A DNA stretch of 64,000 bases, from contig CAVOFT010000001.1 of the NCBI GenBank assembly GCA_963695095.1, positions 2,400,001 through 2,464,000 of the forward strand, given 5' to 3'. Shown here one piece after another: positions 48,945-62,479 of this stretch. Made by a program: the position numbers and the translations under genes. Origin of the DNA: an uncultured bacterium. GTDB taxonomy: Bacteria > Krumholzibacteriota > Krumholzibacteriia > JACNKJ01. Each line of letters starts with the position of its first letter. Position 1 is the stretch's first letter. The notes under the pieces are model-generated. The model was not told the origin of the DNA and did not search any database. It worked only from the letters and a program-made list of their open reading frames with translations.

Positions 48945-49206
48945 CCTCGTAGAACCCCCGCGCGAAGAGCGCTGCAATCTCGGCGATGGCGATCGCCTCT
49001 TTCTCGCCTTCACAGCGCACCCGCACGCTGCTGCCCTTGGCGGCGCCCAGGGCCGCCACACCCAGGATGCTCTTGCCGTCCACTTCGATGATGCCGTTGG
49101 AGAGCGTCACCTTGCAGTCCAGGGAGGAGGTCAGCTTCACCAGCTCGCTCGCGGCGCGCAGGTGCAGACCCTTGGCGTTGACGACTTGCAGATCCCGTTC
49201 CAGCAA
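48934..49206 (-). CDS. ptsH: Phosphocarrier protein HPr
   Basis: NAKGLHLRAA (His15), DGKSILGV (Ser46); TTG start with SD AAGGAG. Confidence 0.93.
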   Translation of the reverse strand: MLERDLQVVNAKGLHLRAASELVKLTSSLDCKVTLSNGIIEVDGKSILGVAALGAAKGSSVRVRCEGEKEAIAIAEIAALFARGFYEDAP

Positions 49207-49249
49207 GACCGCTCCTTCCTTGGCCGGCACACCGGCCGGCCTCGACCGG

Positions 49250-51352
49250 CTAGCCGGCCGGCGACAGCTCCACGCGGTAGCACAGGGAGGCCACTTCGCC
49301 GTCGCCCAGATCGAGCTCTCGGCCGAGACACAGCCAGGATCCCTGGTAGACGCGCTCGAAGCCCGCCTCCGAGAGGCTGACCGTTTCGATCGGCTCACGA
49401 TAGACCGCCAGCGCCGCCCCGGCAAGGGCGATGCTGACCCCGCTCCAGTCGTCCCGCAGCTCCAGGCGCTCGCCGCGCTCCCAGCCCTGGCTGCGCAGCT
49501 GGGCTGCCGCCGCCGGCCGGCCGTCGATGAGGATGCGGCGGTCCGGGGCCTCGGGCGCGAGCAGGTTGATATTCCAGCCCGAGCCCAGCGTGGCCTGGAG
49601 ACGACCCGGGCCCGTGTAGCGCAGCGCCAGCTCCACGGACAGGGCGGCGCCGCCCGCGGCCCAGCGCAGGCGCTTGTCCAGAGCGAGGCGCCGCCCGGGC
49701 TCGAACTCGCACTCGGCGCCGAGGCGCAGTTCGCCGTCGGGCGCGGCGGGGGCCTCGACCTGGAAGTCCAGGTCCGCGAAGTCGAACCAGGCGCCGCCAT
49801 AGGGCAGGGCCGCCGCGCCGGCGGCGTAGAGACCTTCCTCCAGGCTGGCGCGAGCGCGCGGATCATAAGTGAGGTAGGCCTCCAGGCCCGGCTCCTTGGC
49901 GAGAACGAGATCGTGAATGCTCTTCGCCCCCGCCTCGTCGGCGCCCGGGGTCCCCGGCGGCGGGGCCGCGGCCAGCTCCCGCAACTGCGCGTGGTAGGAC
50001 TCCTCGCGGCGGCTGAGCACATTGGTGAAGGGGAAGGGCCGGGCCAGGTAGTCCAGCTCGCGCACGCGACCGCCGCGCGGCGAGATGAACAGCCGGGCCT
50101 GAGGGCTGCACCAGATGAGCTCGCGGTGGCCGTCCAGATCGAGATCCTCGCGCGCGAACGCATAGGCCGCGGGCAGGAGCAGGCGGTCGGCGGCGACCAG
50201 CCGCTCGAGAATGGCCTGGCGCAGGTGCGGCAGGTAGAGACCGCCGAAGAGGCCATGCCAGTAGCCGCAATTGCACTGGGCCTGCAGCAGCAGGTCCTCC
50301 GCCTCGGCGAGCGTGGCCTCGGGCAGGGCGCCCGCGGCGCGGGCGGCGGCGAGGGCGCGGCCGGTCCAGAGCATGCGCTTGTGCAGCCAGTTGCTCTCCT
50401 CGTACTTGACGAAGAAGTTGCGCCAGAAGCCGCCGCGCACGAAGGGCGCCAGGGCGGCGGAGGCCCCCTTGGCGAGGGCGGACAGGGCGTGGACGCTGCG
50501 CTGGGCGGCCAGGGGCAGGGCCCACTCCCCCATCTCCGTGTAGCTGGCCGTGGGCAGGTAGGCCACGCCCAAGGGCGGCCGGCTGTCCAGCACCTGGGAG
50601 AAGCCGGCCAGCTCGAGATCGGGAGCCGCCGTCAGCGCCGCGAAGAGCCGCTCGAGATAGCCTTCGCCGTAGCAGAGCTCGTGCGTGCTGCTCCAGACGC
50701 CGAACTTCTCGCCGTCGTCCATGAGCACGCCGAGCTCGCCGCCCGGCGCTGCGTCCAGGCTCGCCAGGTGGGCGAGCACCTCGGGCACGGGCCGGAAGGG
50801 CACGAGGTAGCGCAGGCGCATCGAGATCGGGAAGACGGCCAGCGAGTGGCCCTCCTCCTCGGTGAGGTAGTAGCCGGCGAGCTGATCCGGGGCGAAACCG
50901 CTGGCCAGGAAGTGGCTGTCGTCCAGGGCCACCCAGTCCAGCCCGTGCTCGGCGAGCAGGCGCGGCAGGTGCGGCTCCCAGATGCGTTCGGCCAGCCACA
51001 GGCCCCGCGGTCGGCGGCCGAAGCGGCGCTCCAGTTCGCGGCAGGTCAGCTCCACCTGGGCGTGCCGATCCCGCTCGGGCAGCACGCTGAGGATGGGCTC
51101 CCACCAGCCGCCCCCCACCATCTCCACCTGCCCGCGCGCGACGAGGGCGGCGAGGCGCTCCAGGTACTCGGGCGTCTCGCGTTGATGCCAGGCGTAGAGC
51201 GGCCCCGAGATGTGCATCGCCGTGCGCAGGCGGGGATGGCGCTCGAGGCAGTCGAGGAAGGGCTGGTAGGCCCGCGCATGCGCATCGCGGATCACGTGAT
51301 CGAAATTGCCCACGGGCTGATGATTGTGGATGCCGAAGACGAAGGTGGCCAT
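49250..51352 (-). CDS. GH57 alpha-amylase / 4-alpha-glucanotransferase
   Basis: HNHQPVGNF, WLAERIWEP (nucleophile Glu), LRYLVPF, DDGEKFGVW (acid/base Asp), YLPTASYTEM, AQCNCGYWHGLFGGLYLPHLR, SEAGFERVYQG. Confidence 0.92.
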   Translation of the reverse strand: MATFVFGIHNHQPVGNFDHVIRDAHARAYQPFLDCLERHPRLRTAMHISGPLYAWHQRETPEYLERLAALVARGQVEMVGGGWWEPILSVLPERDRHAQVELTCRELERRFGRRPRGLWLAERIWEPHLPRLLAEHGLDWVALDDSHFLASGFAPDQLAGYYLTEEEGHSLAVFPISMRLRYLVPFRPVPEVLAHLASLDAAPGGELGVLMDDGEKFGVWSSTHELCYGEGYLERLFAALTAAPDLELAGFSQVLDSRPPLGVAYLPTASYTEMGEWALPLAAQRSVHALSALAKGASAALAPFVRGGFWRNFFVKYEESNWLHKRMLWTGRALAAARAAGALPEATLAEAEDLLLQAQCNCGYWHGLFGGLYLPHLRQAILERLVAADRLLLPAAYAFAREDLDLDGHRELIWCSPQARLFISPRGGRVRELDYLARPFPFTNVLSRREESYHAQLRELAAAPPPGTPGADEAGAKSIHDLVLAKEPGLEAYLTYDPRARASLEEGLYAAGAAALPYGGAWFDFADLDFQVEAPAAPDGELRLGAECEFEPGRRLALDKRLRWAAGGAALSVELALRYTGPGRLQATLGSGWNINLLAPEAPDRRILIDGRPAAAAQLRSQGWERGERLELRDDWSGVSIALAGAALAVYREPIETVSLSEAGFERVYQGSWLCLGRELDLGDGEVASLCYRVELSPAG

Positions 51353-51828
51353 GGCCTAGCTCCCCCTCGCGAGCCGGCGCCGCGGGCGAGAACCGCAACC
51401 GGGATCGCCGGCTCGTTCGGGAAGCGCTGGCAACGCACGATCAGGCCGCCCTCCGCGAGCTGAAGGAGCGCCGCGAGGCTCTCCGCGGCAGGCGTGAAGT
51501 CCTCCGCCAGCGGCTGGCCGCCGGCCTCGCGCAGGCCGATGATCACCAGGCCCTTGATCTCGATCCCGACGCGCGGGAGACTCTCGAGCGCTGGCGGCGC
51601 ATCGGTCAGCCAGAAGTCGCCGGGCCGCGGCGCGGGCAGCTGCGCATCGGCGAGTTCGCAGCAGACCAGCGGCAGGCCGAGCTCCGCGGCCGAGGCCGCG
51701 TAGAGCAGGGCCCGCGGGCTGTCGGCCAGGCCCCGCGCAACGAGGACGATGCGCGTCGGCTTGAGCACGGGCAGCCAGCCGTGCAGGATGCGGCCGTGGA
51801 GCAGGCGGTCGTCGAGATGGAGGTCCAC
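51292..51828 (-). CDS. PTS mannose/sorbose-family EIIB-like component (divergent)
   Basis: HLDDRLLHGRILHGW resembles RIDDRLIHGQV with the phospho-His retained; position after EIIA; the 3' end may be frameshifted (probable true stop at 51356-51358). Confidence 0.65.
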   Translation of the reverse strand: MDLHLDDRLLHGRILHGWLPVLKPTRIVLVARGLADSPRALLYAASAAELGLPLVCCELADAQLPAPRPGDFWLTDAPPALESLPRVGIEIKGLVIIGLREAGGQPLAEDFTPAAESLAALLQLAEGGLIVRCQRFPNEPAIPVAVLARGAGSRGGARPWPPSSSASTIISPWAISIT

Positions 51829-51835
51829 AGGGATC

Positions 51836-52225
51836 CTAGAGGCTGGGGGGCGTGAGTTCACGGATGGCGTTCTGCCCCCGGTGGATGATCCCCCGCACGA
51901 GGGCCGGCGCGCTGAGTTCGTGGCGGTGGGCCAGATAGTAAAGCAGGATCGGCAGGTTGACGCCACTGATCAGATGCAGTCCCGGCCGGCCCGCGAGCCG
52001 AGCCAGGCAGGCGGTGGCGCAGCTGCCGCCGAAGTAGTCCGTGAAGACGAGCCCGGTCTCGCCCAGAGCGGCCATCCGTTCGCCGACGGCCGCGTCCAGG
52101 GCCTCGGCCGAGAGCCCGTCATTGGACAGCGCGCTGATCCCCGTCGGCTCTCCGTAGATGCCGGCCAGGGCGGCCAAGAACGCCTCCCCGAGCTTGCCGT
52201 GGCAGACGATGAGGGCGGGAATCAT
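51836..52225 (-). CDS. PTS mannose-family EIIA component
   Basis: LIVCHGKLG (phospho-His), VFTDYFGGSC, ISGVNLPIL. Confidence 0.88.
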   Translation of the reverse strand: MIPALIVCHGKLGEAFLAALAGIYGEPTGISALSNDGLSAEALDAAVGERMAALGETGLVFTDYFGGSCATACLARLAGRPGLHLISGVNLPILLYYLAHRHELSAPALVRGIIHRGQNAIRELTPPSL

Positions 52226-52294
52226 GCACACTCCAGCGCGGCTGAGGCTGGCCCGATCTTCCGGCGCGGCGCCGGCCAAGTCAAGCCGCTTTCC

Positions 52295-53278
52295 TCACTC
52301 CTCGTCGTGCTGGAGGTAGTGGAAGACGCGCGCCTCGTGCTGGCGGGCGAGGTCCTCCATGATCTGGCGATTGAAGCGCTCGGCCGGACTGAGCCCGTAG
52401 ACCTTGAGCATGTGGTTCATGGCGATGGTCTCGGCGATCACGGTGACGTTCTTGCCCGGCACGATCGGCAGCACGACCTGCGGGATGGGCAGGCCCAGGA
52501 TGGGGCTCATCTCGTACTCGAGTCCCACGCGGTCGTAGTGCTTGCCCCGCTCCCAGAGCTCGAGGCGCACTTCCACTTCGATGCGCTTCTGCACGCGGAT
52601 GGCCCGGATGCCGAACATCTCGCGAACGTCGACGACGCCGACACCGCGCACTTCCATGAAGTGCTTCAGGAAGGCATTGCCGCGCCCGATCACGGTCTGC
52701 CCGCGCCTGATCAGCTGGACGACATCGTCGGCCACCAGACGATGTCCGCGCTCGACGAGGTCGAGCACGATCTCGCTCTTGCCGATGCCGCTGGGACCGG
52801 TGAAGAGCAGGCCGACCCCGTAGACGTCGGCGAGCGAGCCATGGATGTTGCCGCGCGGCGAGAAGTGATTCTCGAGGTAGGCGCCCAGCGCGCGCAAGAA
52901 GGGCGTCGTCGGCTGGCTGGTGCCCAGCAGCGGCACCCCGTGCTCGTTGCAGAGCGCGAGCAGCTCCGGCGGCGGCTGCTGGCCGCGCGTCATGATGAGG
53001 CAGGGCACGGCTGCGCAGAAGAGATGGCTGAGGGCCGGCTGCACCTGGGCGGCCGGCAGGCGCTCCAGATAGCTGAACTCGGCGCCGCCGAGGATCTGGA
53101 TCCGCTTGGCCTGGTAGCGTTCGGTAAAGCCCGTGAGCACGAAACCGGGCCGACTCAGCTCCGCCACCGTGATGTCGGTGGCCGAGACCGCCGAATCGCT
53201 CCAGAGCTTGAGCTGGAGCAGCTCGGCGGTCTCCTGGAAGAGCTTCTCGACGGCGAGGCTGTGATTGACGATCTCCAC
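52295..53278 (-). CDS. hprK: HPr(Ser) kinase/phosphorylase
   Basis: RPGFVLTGF, IHGSLADVYGVGLLFTGPSGIGKSE, HRLVADD, MEVRGVGVVDV, PIVPGKN. Confidence 0.96.
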   Translation of the reverse strand: MEIVNHSLAVEKLFQETAELLQLKLWSDSAVSATDITVAELSRPGFVLTGFTERYQAKRIQILGGAEFSYLERLPAAQVQPALSHLFCAAVPCLIMTRGQQPPPELLALCNEHGVPLLGTSQPTTPFLRALGAYLENHFSPRGNIHGSLADVYGVGLLFTGPSGIGKSEIVLDLVERGHRLVADDVVQLIRRGQTVIGRGNAFLKHFMEVRGVGVVDVREMFGIRAIRVQKRIEVEVRLELWERGKHYDRVGLEYEMSPILGLPIPQVVLPIVPGKNVTVIAETIAMNHMLKVYGLSPAERFNRQIMEDLARQHEARVFHYLQHDEE

Positions 53279-53288
53279 GCCGCCTCCG

Positions 53289-53846
53289 TCAGTCGTCGGA
53301 CCGGATCACGCCATAGCCGCCGTTCCGGCGGCGGTAGGCCACGCTGAGCAGTCCGCGCTCGGCATCGGCGAAGACCCAGAAGTTGTCGCCGTGCACTTCC
53401 ATGCGGCTGATCGCCTGGTCGGGCGTCAAGCGGTCGAGGTGGATGAAGGTCTCCTTGATGACGGGATAGTCCGGGATCACCTCGGTGCTCGCGGCGCCAT
53501 GGATCGTGATCGTGCCGGTCTCCTGCTGCATCTCGCCGGTCGGCTTGGCGCTGCGGCGGCGGCTGAGATTGCGCGTCTTGTACTTGCGCACCTGGCGCTC
53601 GAGCTTGTCGGCGAGGCCATCGATGGCCGCCCTGATGTCGTCCTGATCCTCCTTGCCGGTGAAGTCGGCGTGCTTGGCATGGAGGGTGGCTTCGGCGATG
53701 GACCGGTGCTTCTCCTGCCGCAACAGGATGTGCGCCTCCATGATCCCGTCGAGGTACTTCTCGAGGCGGCCGATCTTCTCCTCGGCATAGTCACGGATCT
53801 CGGGGTCCAGGTCCATCTTCTTGGCGGTGACGGCGATCTGCATCAT
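53289..53846 (-). CDS. hpf: Ribosome hibernation promoting factor (long HPF)
   Basis: IRDYAEEKIGRLEKY, AAIDGLADKLERQVRKYK, C-terminal domain LTPDQAISRM...FWVF...YRRRNGGYGVI. Confidence 0.92.
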   Translation of the reverse strand: MMQIAVTAKKMDLDPEIRDYAEEKIGRLEKYLDGIMEAHILLRQEKHRSIAEATLHAKHADFTGKEDQDDIRAAIDGLADKLERQVRKYKTRNLSRRRSAKPTGEMQQETGTITIHGAASTEVIPDYPVIKETFIHLDRLTPDQAISRMEVHGDNFWVFADAERGLLSVAYRRRNGGYGVIRSDD

Positions 53847-53993
53847 TCACTCCTCTTTGGTGGATGCGAGAAGGCCCGACGGGCTGCCGGGCCGGGAGCG
53901 TGGGCAGATGATGACCGACGGGGCGGGCGGGCGACGCGGTAAGGGGACACGTCCACCTCCGGGGGAGCGCCGCGTTCGGCTCTCCTCGCTCCG

Positions 53994-54022
53994 AGCATAG
54001 CAGCGCCGCTGGCATCCGGCAA
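53994..54022 (-). promoter_or_regulatory. Candidate sigma70 promoter for hpf-hprK and downstream genes
   Basis: TTGCCG-17 nt-TATGCT with extended -10 TG, just after the rpoN stop. Confidence 0.55.
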
Positions 54023-54026
54023 GCGC

Positions 54027-55406
54027 CTAGAACTGCTTGCGCAGGCGGGCTGGCAGGACGCTGAGCTGCTCGCGATACTTGGCCACGGTGCGCCGCGCGA
54101 TCATCAGACCCTCTTCGCGCAGGATATCGGCGATCTTCTGATCGCTGAGCGGGTGCTTGGGATCCTCCTTGGCGACGATCTCCTGAATGCGGCTCTTGGC
54201 CGCCTTCGCGCTCACCTCGTCGCCGTCCTCGGTGCTGAGGGAGGAAGAGAAGAAGTACTTGAGCCGGAAGATGCCGCGGGGCGTCTGCACGGTCTTGTTG
54301 TTGGTGACGCGGCTGACCGTGGATTCGTGCATGCCGATCTTGCTCGCCACCTGCTGCAGCGTCAGCGGACGCAGCGCCTGCGGGCCCTTGTCGAAGAACT
54401 CGCGCTGCTCCTCGATGATCGCGGCCATCACCTTGACCATCGTCGCCCGCCGCTGCTCCACCGTGCGAATCAGCCACTGGGCCTGATTGAGCTTGCCTTG
54501 CACGTAGTCCTTCGTGTCGCGACTGGCGGAGACGAGGTACTCCTTGTAGTTGTCGGCGATGCGCAGGCGCGGCAGGTGGCGATCGTTGAGATAGATGACG
54601 TACTCGCCTTCCACCTCTTCGACGACGAGATCGGGGATGATGTACTGCGGCTCTTCGCTGGACAGCTCCAGGCCCGGCTTGGGATCCAGCTCGCCGATGC
54701 TGCGCGCCGCCTCCTGCACGTCGTCGACCGTGAGCTTGAGCTTGCGCGCGATCTCCTGGTACTTGCGCTGCATCAGTTCCGGGAAGTGCTCGCGGATGAT
54801 CTGCGCCACGAGACTGTCCTCTTCGCCCCGCGCCGCGAGCTGCAGCAGCAGGCACTCGGGCAGGTCGCGGGCTGCGATGCCGGGCGGATCGAGGCTCTGC
54901 ACCAGGCGCAGTGCCGCCAGCGCCCGGGCCTCGCCCACCTGGAACACGTTCTGGATCTCGTCGAGGCCGATGGTCAGAAAGCCCCGATCGTCCAGACTGC
55001 CGATCAGGTACTCGCCGATCGCCAGCAACTCGGGATCGGCGGCGCTCATGCGCAACTGGCGCAGCAGATTCTCGCCGGCCGACAGCCGGCTGATCGGCAC
55101 ACGCTCGACGAACTCCTCGGGCAGCTCCTCCTGCTCCTTGTACTGCATCTCGAAGCCGTCATTGAAGACGTCGCTCCAGCTGTCCAGGTTGCCGGCCTGC
55201 GGCTCGTCGCCGCCCTCCTCCTGCTGGCGATCCGGCTCCTCGTCGTCCTCTTCGAACTCGAGCAGCGGATTGGTCTGCATCTCGGCTTTCAACTCCAGCT
55301 CGAGCTCCAGCGTCGGCAACTGGAGCAGGCGCAGTGCCTGCTGCAGGCGCGGCGTCATCACCAGTTGCTGACGCTGGGCGAGCTTGAGCTGGATCTTCAT
55401 CTCCAT
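54027..55406 (-). CDS. rpoN: RNA polymerase sigma-54 factor
   Basis: LVMTPRLQQALRLLQL, NPLLE, DPPGIAARDLPECLLLQ, HESTVSRV, LKYFF, LSDQKI, RpoN box ARRTVAKYRE. Confidence 0.97.
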   Translation of the reverse strand: MEMKIQLKLAQRQQLVMTPRLQQALRLLQLPTLELELELKAEMQTNPLLEFEEDDEEPDRQQEEGGDEPQAGNLDSWSDVFNDGFEMQYKEQEELPEEFVERVPISRLSAGENLLRQLRMSAADPELLAIGEYLIGSLDDRGFLTIGLDEIQNVFQVGEARALAALRLVQSLDPPGIAARDLPECLLLQLAARGEEDSLVAQIIREHFPELMQRKYQEIARKLKLTVDDVQEAARSIGELDPKPGLELSSEEPQYIIPDLVVEEVEGEYVIYLNDRHLPRLRIADNYKEYLVSASRDTKDYVQGKLNQAQWLIRTVEQRRATMVKVMAAIIEEQREFFDKGPQALRPLTLQQVASKIGMHESTVSRVTNNKTVQTPRGIFRLKYFFSSSLSTEDGDEVSAKAAKSRIQEIVAKEDPKHPLSDQKIADILREEGLMIARRTVAKYREQLSVLPARLRKQF

Positions 55407-55421
55407 GGGGCGGCTCTTTCG

Positions 55422-56152
<731 letters not shown>

Positions 56153-56156
<4 letters not shown>

Positions 56157-56761
56157 GGGGCCACCTCCTCCCGCTGCACGATCAGGCCGCTCGGTTCGCG
56201 CGCAATGCGCAGGTGATCGAGCCGGCGGTCGCACTCCATGTCGAAGCCCGTGTAGAGGTTCTCGCCGTGCTGCATCTCGACGTAGGCCTCCGTGTGGAAG
56301 AGCTCCCGCTCGCGGTCCCAGTGCAGCACCTCCGTGCGCAGGTCGTAGTTCTCGGCGCTGACCACATGCACGCTGCCGATGGCGGTCATCGCCCCGGTTC
56401 GCTGATCGATGCGGCCCGAGTCGGCGGTCAGGGTGGAATTGAGCTCGCCGCTCTCGCCGTACATATCGACACGAATGCCCCGCGACTCAATCCGCTTCGT
56501 CGCCTGGAAGACCAGCGCCTGCTCGGCGCGAAAGATCCAGCTCAGCCGGCCGGAGTCCGATTCGGTGGTCGTGAAGTCCCAGAGGATCTGATCCGGGCCC
56601 TGGCCCATGGCCTCGACACTGGGCCTGGGGGCCTTTTCACTGCAGCCGAGCAGGGCGGCCAGGACCACGAGCGCCCCGCTGCGCCGGCCCCGCTGCCAAT
56701 GGCGAACTCCGAAGCTCCGGCCCTCAGCGATACTTCCCCGCTGCGCGTTCACGGCGTTCAT
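56153..56761 (-). CDS. lptC: LPS export periplasmic protein LptC
   Basis: Hydrophobic stretch with lipobox-like LLGC, LTADSG, MTAIGSVHVVS, LRTEVLHWD jelly-roll pattern; lies directly upstream of lptB; start uncertain (56776/56761/56752). Confidence 0.8.
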
Positions 56762-56811
56762 TCCCTTGCTATTCAAGAACTTGCGATAAGCAAGCGGTGA
56801 TCCATGCAGGG

Positions 56812-56840
56812 AGGATAGGCACTGAGGAATCCACTGTCAA
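56812..56840 (-). promoter_or_regulatory. Candidate sigma70 promoter for lptC-lptB-rpoN
   Basis: TTGACA-17 nt-TATCCT in the most AT-rich intergenic region of the window. Confidence 0.65.
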
Positions 56841-56957
56841 GCAATCCATATGCCAGGAAGCATCGGGAATCAGGAGAAAGTACTTGACACTTCAAGCCCT
56901 TGTGCGAACGGCCCGCCAGGTCGCCGCATCTAGGTCAATGGCTTTGAATAGAAGCGT

Positions 56958-57947
56958 TTAGCTGAGACCAGCCCGCAGGATGTCGTGCAGATGGACGACG
57001 CCGAGCAGAGCGCCCGTCGGCCCCGTGACCACGAGGCTGGTGATGGGCCCTGGCCGGTTTGCTTCCATGAGCTGCAGGGCCTCGGCCGCCAGGAGCTCCG
57101 GCCCGACGCAGCGCGGACGGCGGGTGGCCAGGCGGGCGACCGGCTGGTCGAGCAACTCACCGACGCCGGGCGAATCCACGAGCAGCCGCTTGAGGTCGCC
57201 GTCCGTGAGCACGCCGAGCAGTTCCCCGTCGCGGCCGAGGATGCAGGTCATGCCCAGGCCCTTGCGGATGATGACGAGCAGGGCTTCGCGCAGGCTGGTG
57301 TCCTCCCCGATCACCGGCAGCGCCTCGCCCTGGTGCATGAGATCGGCGACGCGCAGGCTGAGCCGGCGACCCAGCACGCCGCTCGGGTGCAGACGCAAGA
57401 AGTCCGCGGCGCCGAAGCCGCGGCGGTCGAGCAGGGCGAGGGCGAGGGCGTCGCCCATCACCATGGCCGCCGTGCTGCTCGTCGTGGGCGCGAGATTCAG
57501 CGGGCAGGCCTCCTCGGCCACGGCGGTATCGAGGCTGACGGCGGCGGCCTTAGCCAGGGGCGAACCCGGACTCCCGCAGATGGCCACCAGCGGGCAGCCC
57601 CGTTCACGCAGGAAGGGCAGCCAGCCGAGCAGTTCCTCGCCCGCCCCGCTCTTGGAGACCATGATGCAGAGGTCCCCGCTGCGCAGGAAGCCGAGATCGC
57701 CATGCGTCGCCTCGGCCGCATGCAGGAAGACGGCCGCCGTGCCGGTCGAGCTGAGCGTGGCTGCGAGCTTGCGGGCGACGTGGCCGGACTTGCCGATGCC
57801 CGTCACGACGACGCGCCCCCGGCAGGCGGCGACGAGTTCCACGGCGGTCAGGAACTCGGCGCCGAGCCGCTCCTCGACGGCGGCCAGGGCCGCGATCGCG
57901 GCCGCAAAGACCTCGCGGCCGCGCGCCACACCGCCGGCTTCAGACAT
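56958..57947 (-). CDS. kdsD: Arabinose-5-phosphate isomerase (KpsF/GutQ family, SIS + CBS)
   Basis: [62 protein letters not shown]. Confidence 0.95.
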   Translation of the reverse strand: MSEAGGVARGREVFAAAIAALAAVEERLGAEFLTAVELVAACRGRVVVTGIGKSGHVARKLAATLSSTGTAAVFLHAAEATHGDLGFLRSGDLCIMVSKSGAGEELLGWLPFLRERGCPLVAICGSPGSPLAKAAAVSLDTAVAEEACPLNLAPTTSSTAAMVMGDALALALLDRRGFGAADFLRLHPSGVLGRRLSLRVADLMHQGEALPVIGEDTSLREALLVIIRKGLGMTCILGRDGELLGVLTDGDLKRLLVDSPGVGELLDQPVARLATRRPRCVGPELLAAEALQLMEANRPGPITSLVVTGPTGALLGVVHLHDILRAGLS

Positions 57948-58486
57948 CGCCCGGCTCCGGGGCAGCGCTCAGGAAGGGGGCGACCAGCGCCTCCCACTCG
58001 CCGCGGGCGCGCAGGACGCCCTCGATCGCTTCGCGCGCCGCGCCATGCCCGCCACGGCTGGCCAGGGTCCAGGCGCAGCGGGCGAAGAGCTCCGTCGCCG
58101 CGTCGGCCGGACAGGCGCCGAGGCCGGCGGCGGCCATGCCGGGCAGATCGAAGAGATCGTCGCCCACGAAGAGCGCTGTGCCGCGGGTGCAGCCAGTCTC
58201 GGCGAGCAACTCGCGCACGGCCTCGCCCTTGTCGAGGCGGCCCAGGCGCAGGTGCTGCAGGTGCAGGCGCTCGGCGCGCTCGCGAATCTCGGCGTGGTCG
58301 TTGCCGCTGCACAGGGCCACCGCTAGCCCGCCGCGCAGGGCGAGATAGATGCCGAAACCGTCCTTCACGTTCCAGCGCCGACTGCGCGGTTCGCCGCCGC
58401 CCAGGGTGCCGTCGGTGAGCACGCCGTCCACGTCGAAGATGACGAGGCGCAGTCGCGCCAGCCGGGCCGCCAGGGATGCAGGAGGC

Positions 58487-58500
<14 letters not shown>
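57940..58500 (-). CDS. kdsC: KDO-8-phosphate phosphatase
   Basis: IFDVDGVLTDG, NVKDGFGI, FVGDDLFDL, GGHGAAREAIE. Confidence 0.93.
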
Positions 58501-61745
<3,245 letters not shown>

Positions 61746-61761
61746 GGCCTCCCCCCTCCCC

Positions 61762-61793
61762 ACAACGCAAACGGCGGACCCGGAGGCCCGCCG
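61762..61793 (-). terminator. Possible terminator after rplU-rpmA
   Basis: CGGCGGGCC-TCCG-GGTCCGCCG hairpin followed by an imperfect U tract (TTTGCGTTG). Confidence 0.4.
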
Positions 61794-61818
61794 CGCTGCC
61801 GGGAGCTCTGCTGCCGCC

Positions 61819-62073
61819 TCAGGCGGGCAGGACGTTGACGATCTTGCGATCCTTGCCCTTGCGGGCGTACTCGACGGTGCCGTCGATGAGGGCGAACAGC
61901 GTGTCATCCCCGCCGCGGCCCACGTTGGCGCCAGGCAGCAGGTGCGTGCCCCGCTGGCGGACGAGGATGCACCCGGCGCGGACGGCCTGGCCCGCGAAGC
62001 GCTTGACGCCCAGGTACTGCGGCGAGCTGTCGCGCCCGTTGCGGGAGCTGCCGACGCCCTTCTTGTGTGCCAT
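61819..62073 (-). CDS. rpmA: 50S ribosomal protein L27
   Basis: [16 protein letters not shown]...LGVKRF...ILVRQRGT...DTLFALIDG. Confidence 0.98.
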   Translation of the reverse strand: MAHKKGVGSSRNGRDSSPQYLGVKRFAGQAVRAGCILVRQRGTHLLPGANVGRGGDDTLFALIDGTVEYARKGKDRKIVNVLPA

Positions 62074-62088
62074 GACTGCCTCCTCGGC

Positions 62089-62397
62089 CTAGGCGATGCC
62101 CTTGATGCGAATCTCGGTGAAGCCCTGCCGGTGGCCCTGAAGCCGCCGGTACTTCTTGCGCCGCTTCTTCTTGAAGACGAGGATCTTGCGGGCGCGGCCC
62201 TGCTTGAGGATCTCGGCCTCCACGCGGGCGCCCTCCACGAAGGGGCTGCCCAGTTTCATCGACTCGCCCTCGCCGATCGCCATAACCTCATTGAATTCAA
62301 CGGCATCGCCGACATTGCCGCTCAGGCTCGGCACCCGCAGCACCTGCTCGGGGACCACCTTGAACTGTCTGCCGGCCATCTTGACGAGCGCGTACAC
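62089..62397 (-). CDS. rplU: 50S ribosomal protein L21
   Basis: MYALVKMAGRQFKV, GSPFVEGARV, KKKRRKKYRRLQGHRQGFT. Confidence 0.98.
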   Translation of the reverse strand: MYALVKMAGRQFKVVPEQVLRVPSLSGNVGDAVEFNEVMAIGEGESMKLGSPFVEGARVEAEILKQGRARKILVFKKKRRKKYRRLQGHRQGFTEIRIKGIA

Positions 62398-62430
62398 GGC
62401 CGTTCCTCCTCACGTAGGGCGAAAGCGTTT

Positions 62431-62459
62431 GAAATACACTACTTGCCCCCGGCTGTCAA
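62431..62459 (-). promoter_or_regulatory. Candidate sigma70 promoter for rplU-rpmA
   Basis: TTGACA-17 nt-TATTTC. Confidence 0.5.
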
Positions 62460-62479
62460 GGGGCCCGCCGACGATTGCC

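Noticed and set aside
56884..56915. Plus-strand TTGACA suggesting an antisense promoter into kdsD
   Set aside because: No plausible -10 element at 16-18 nt spacing
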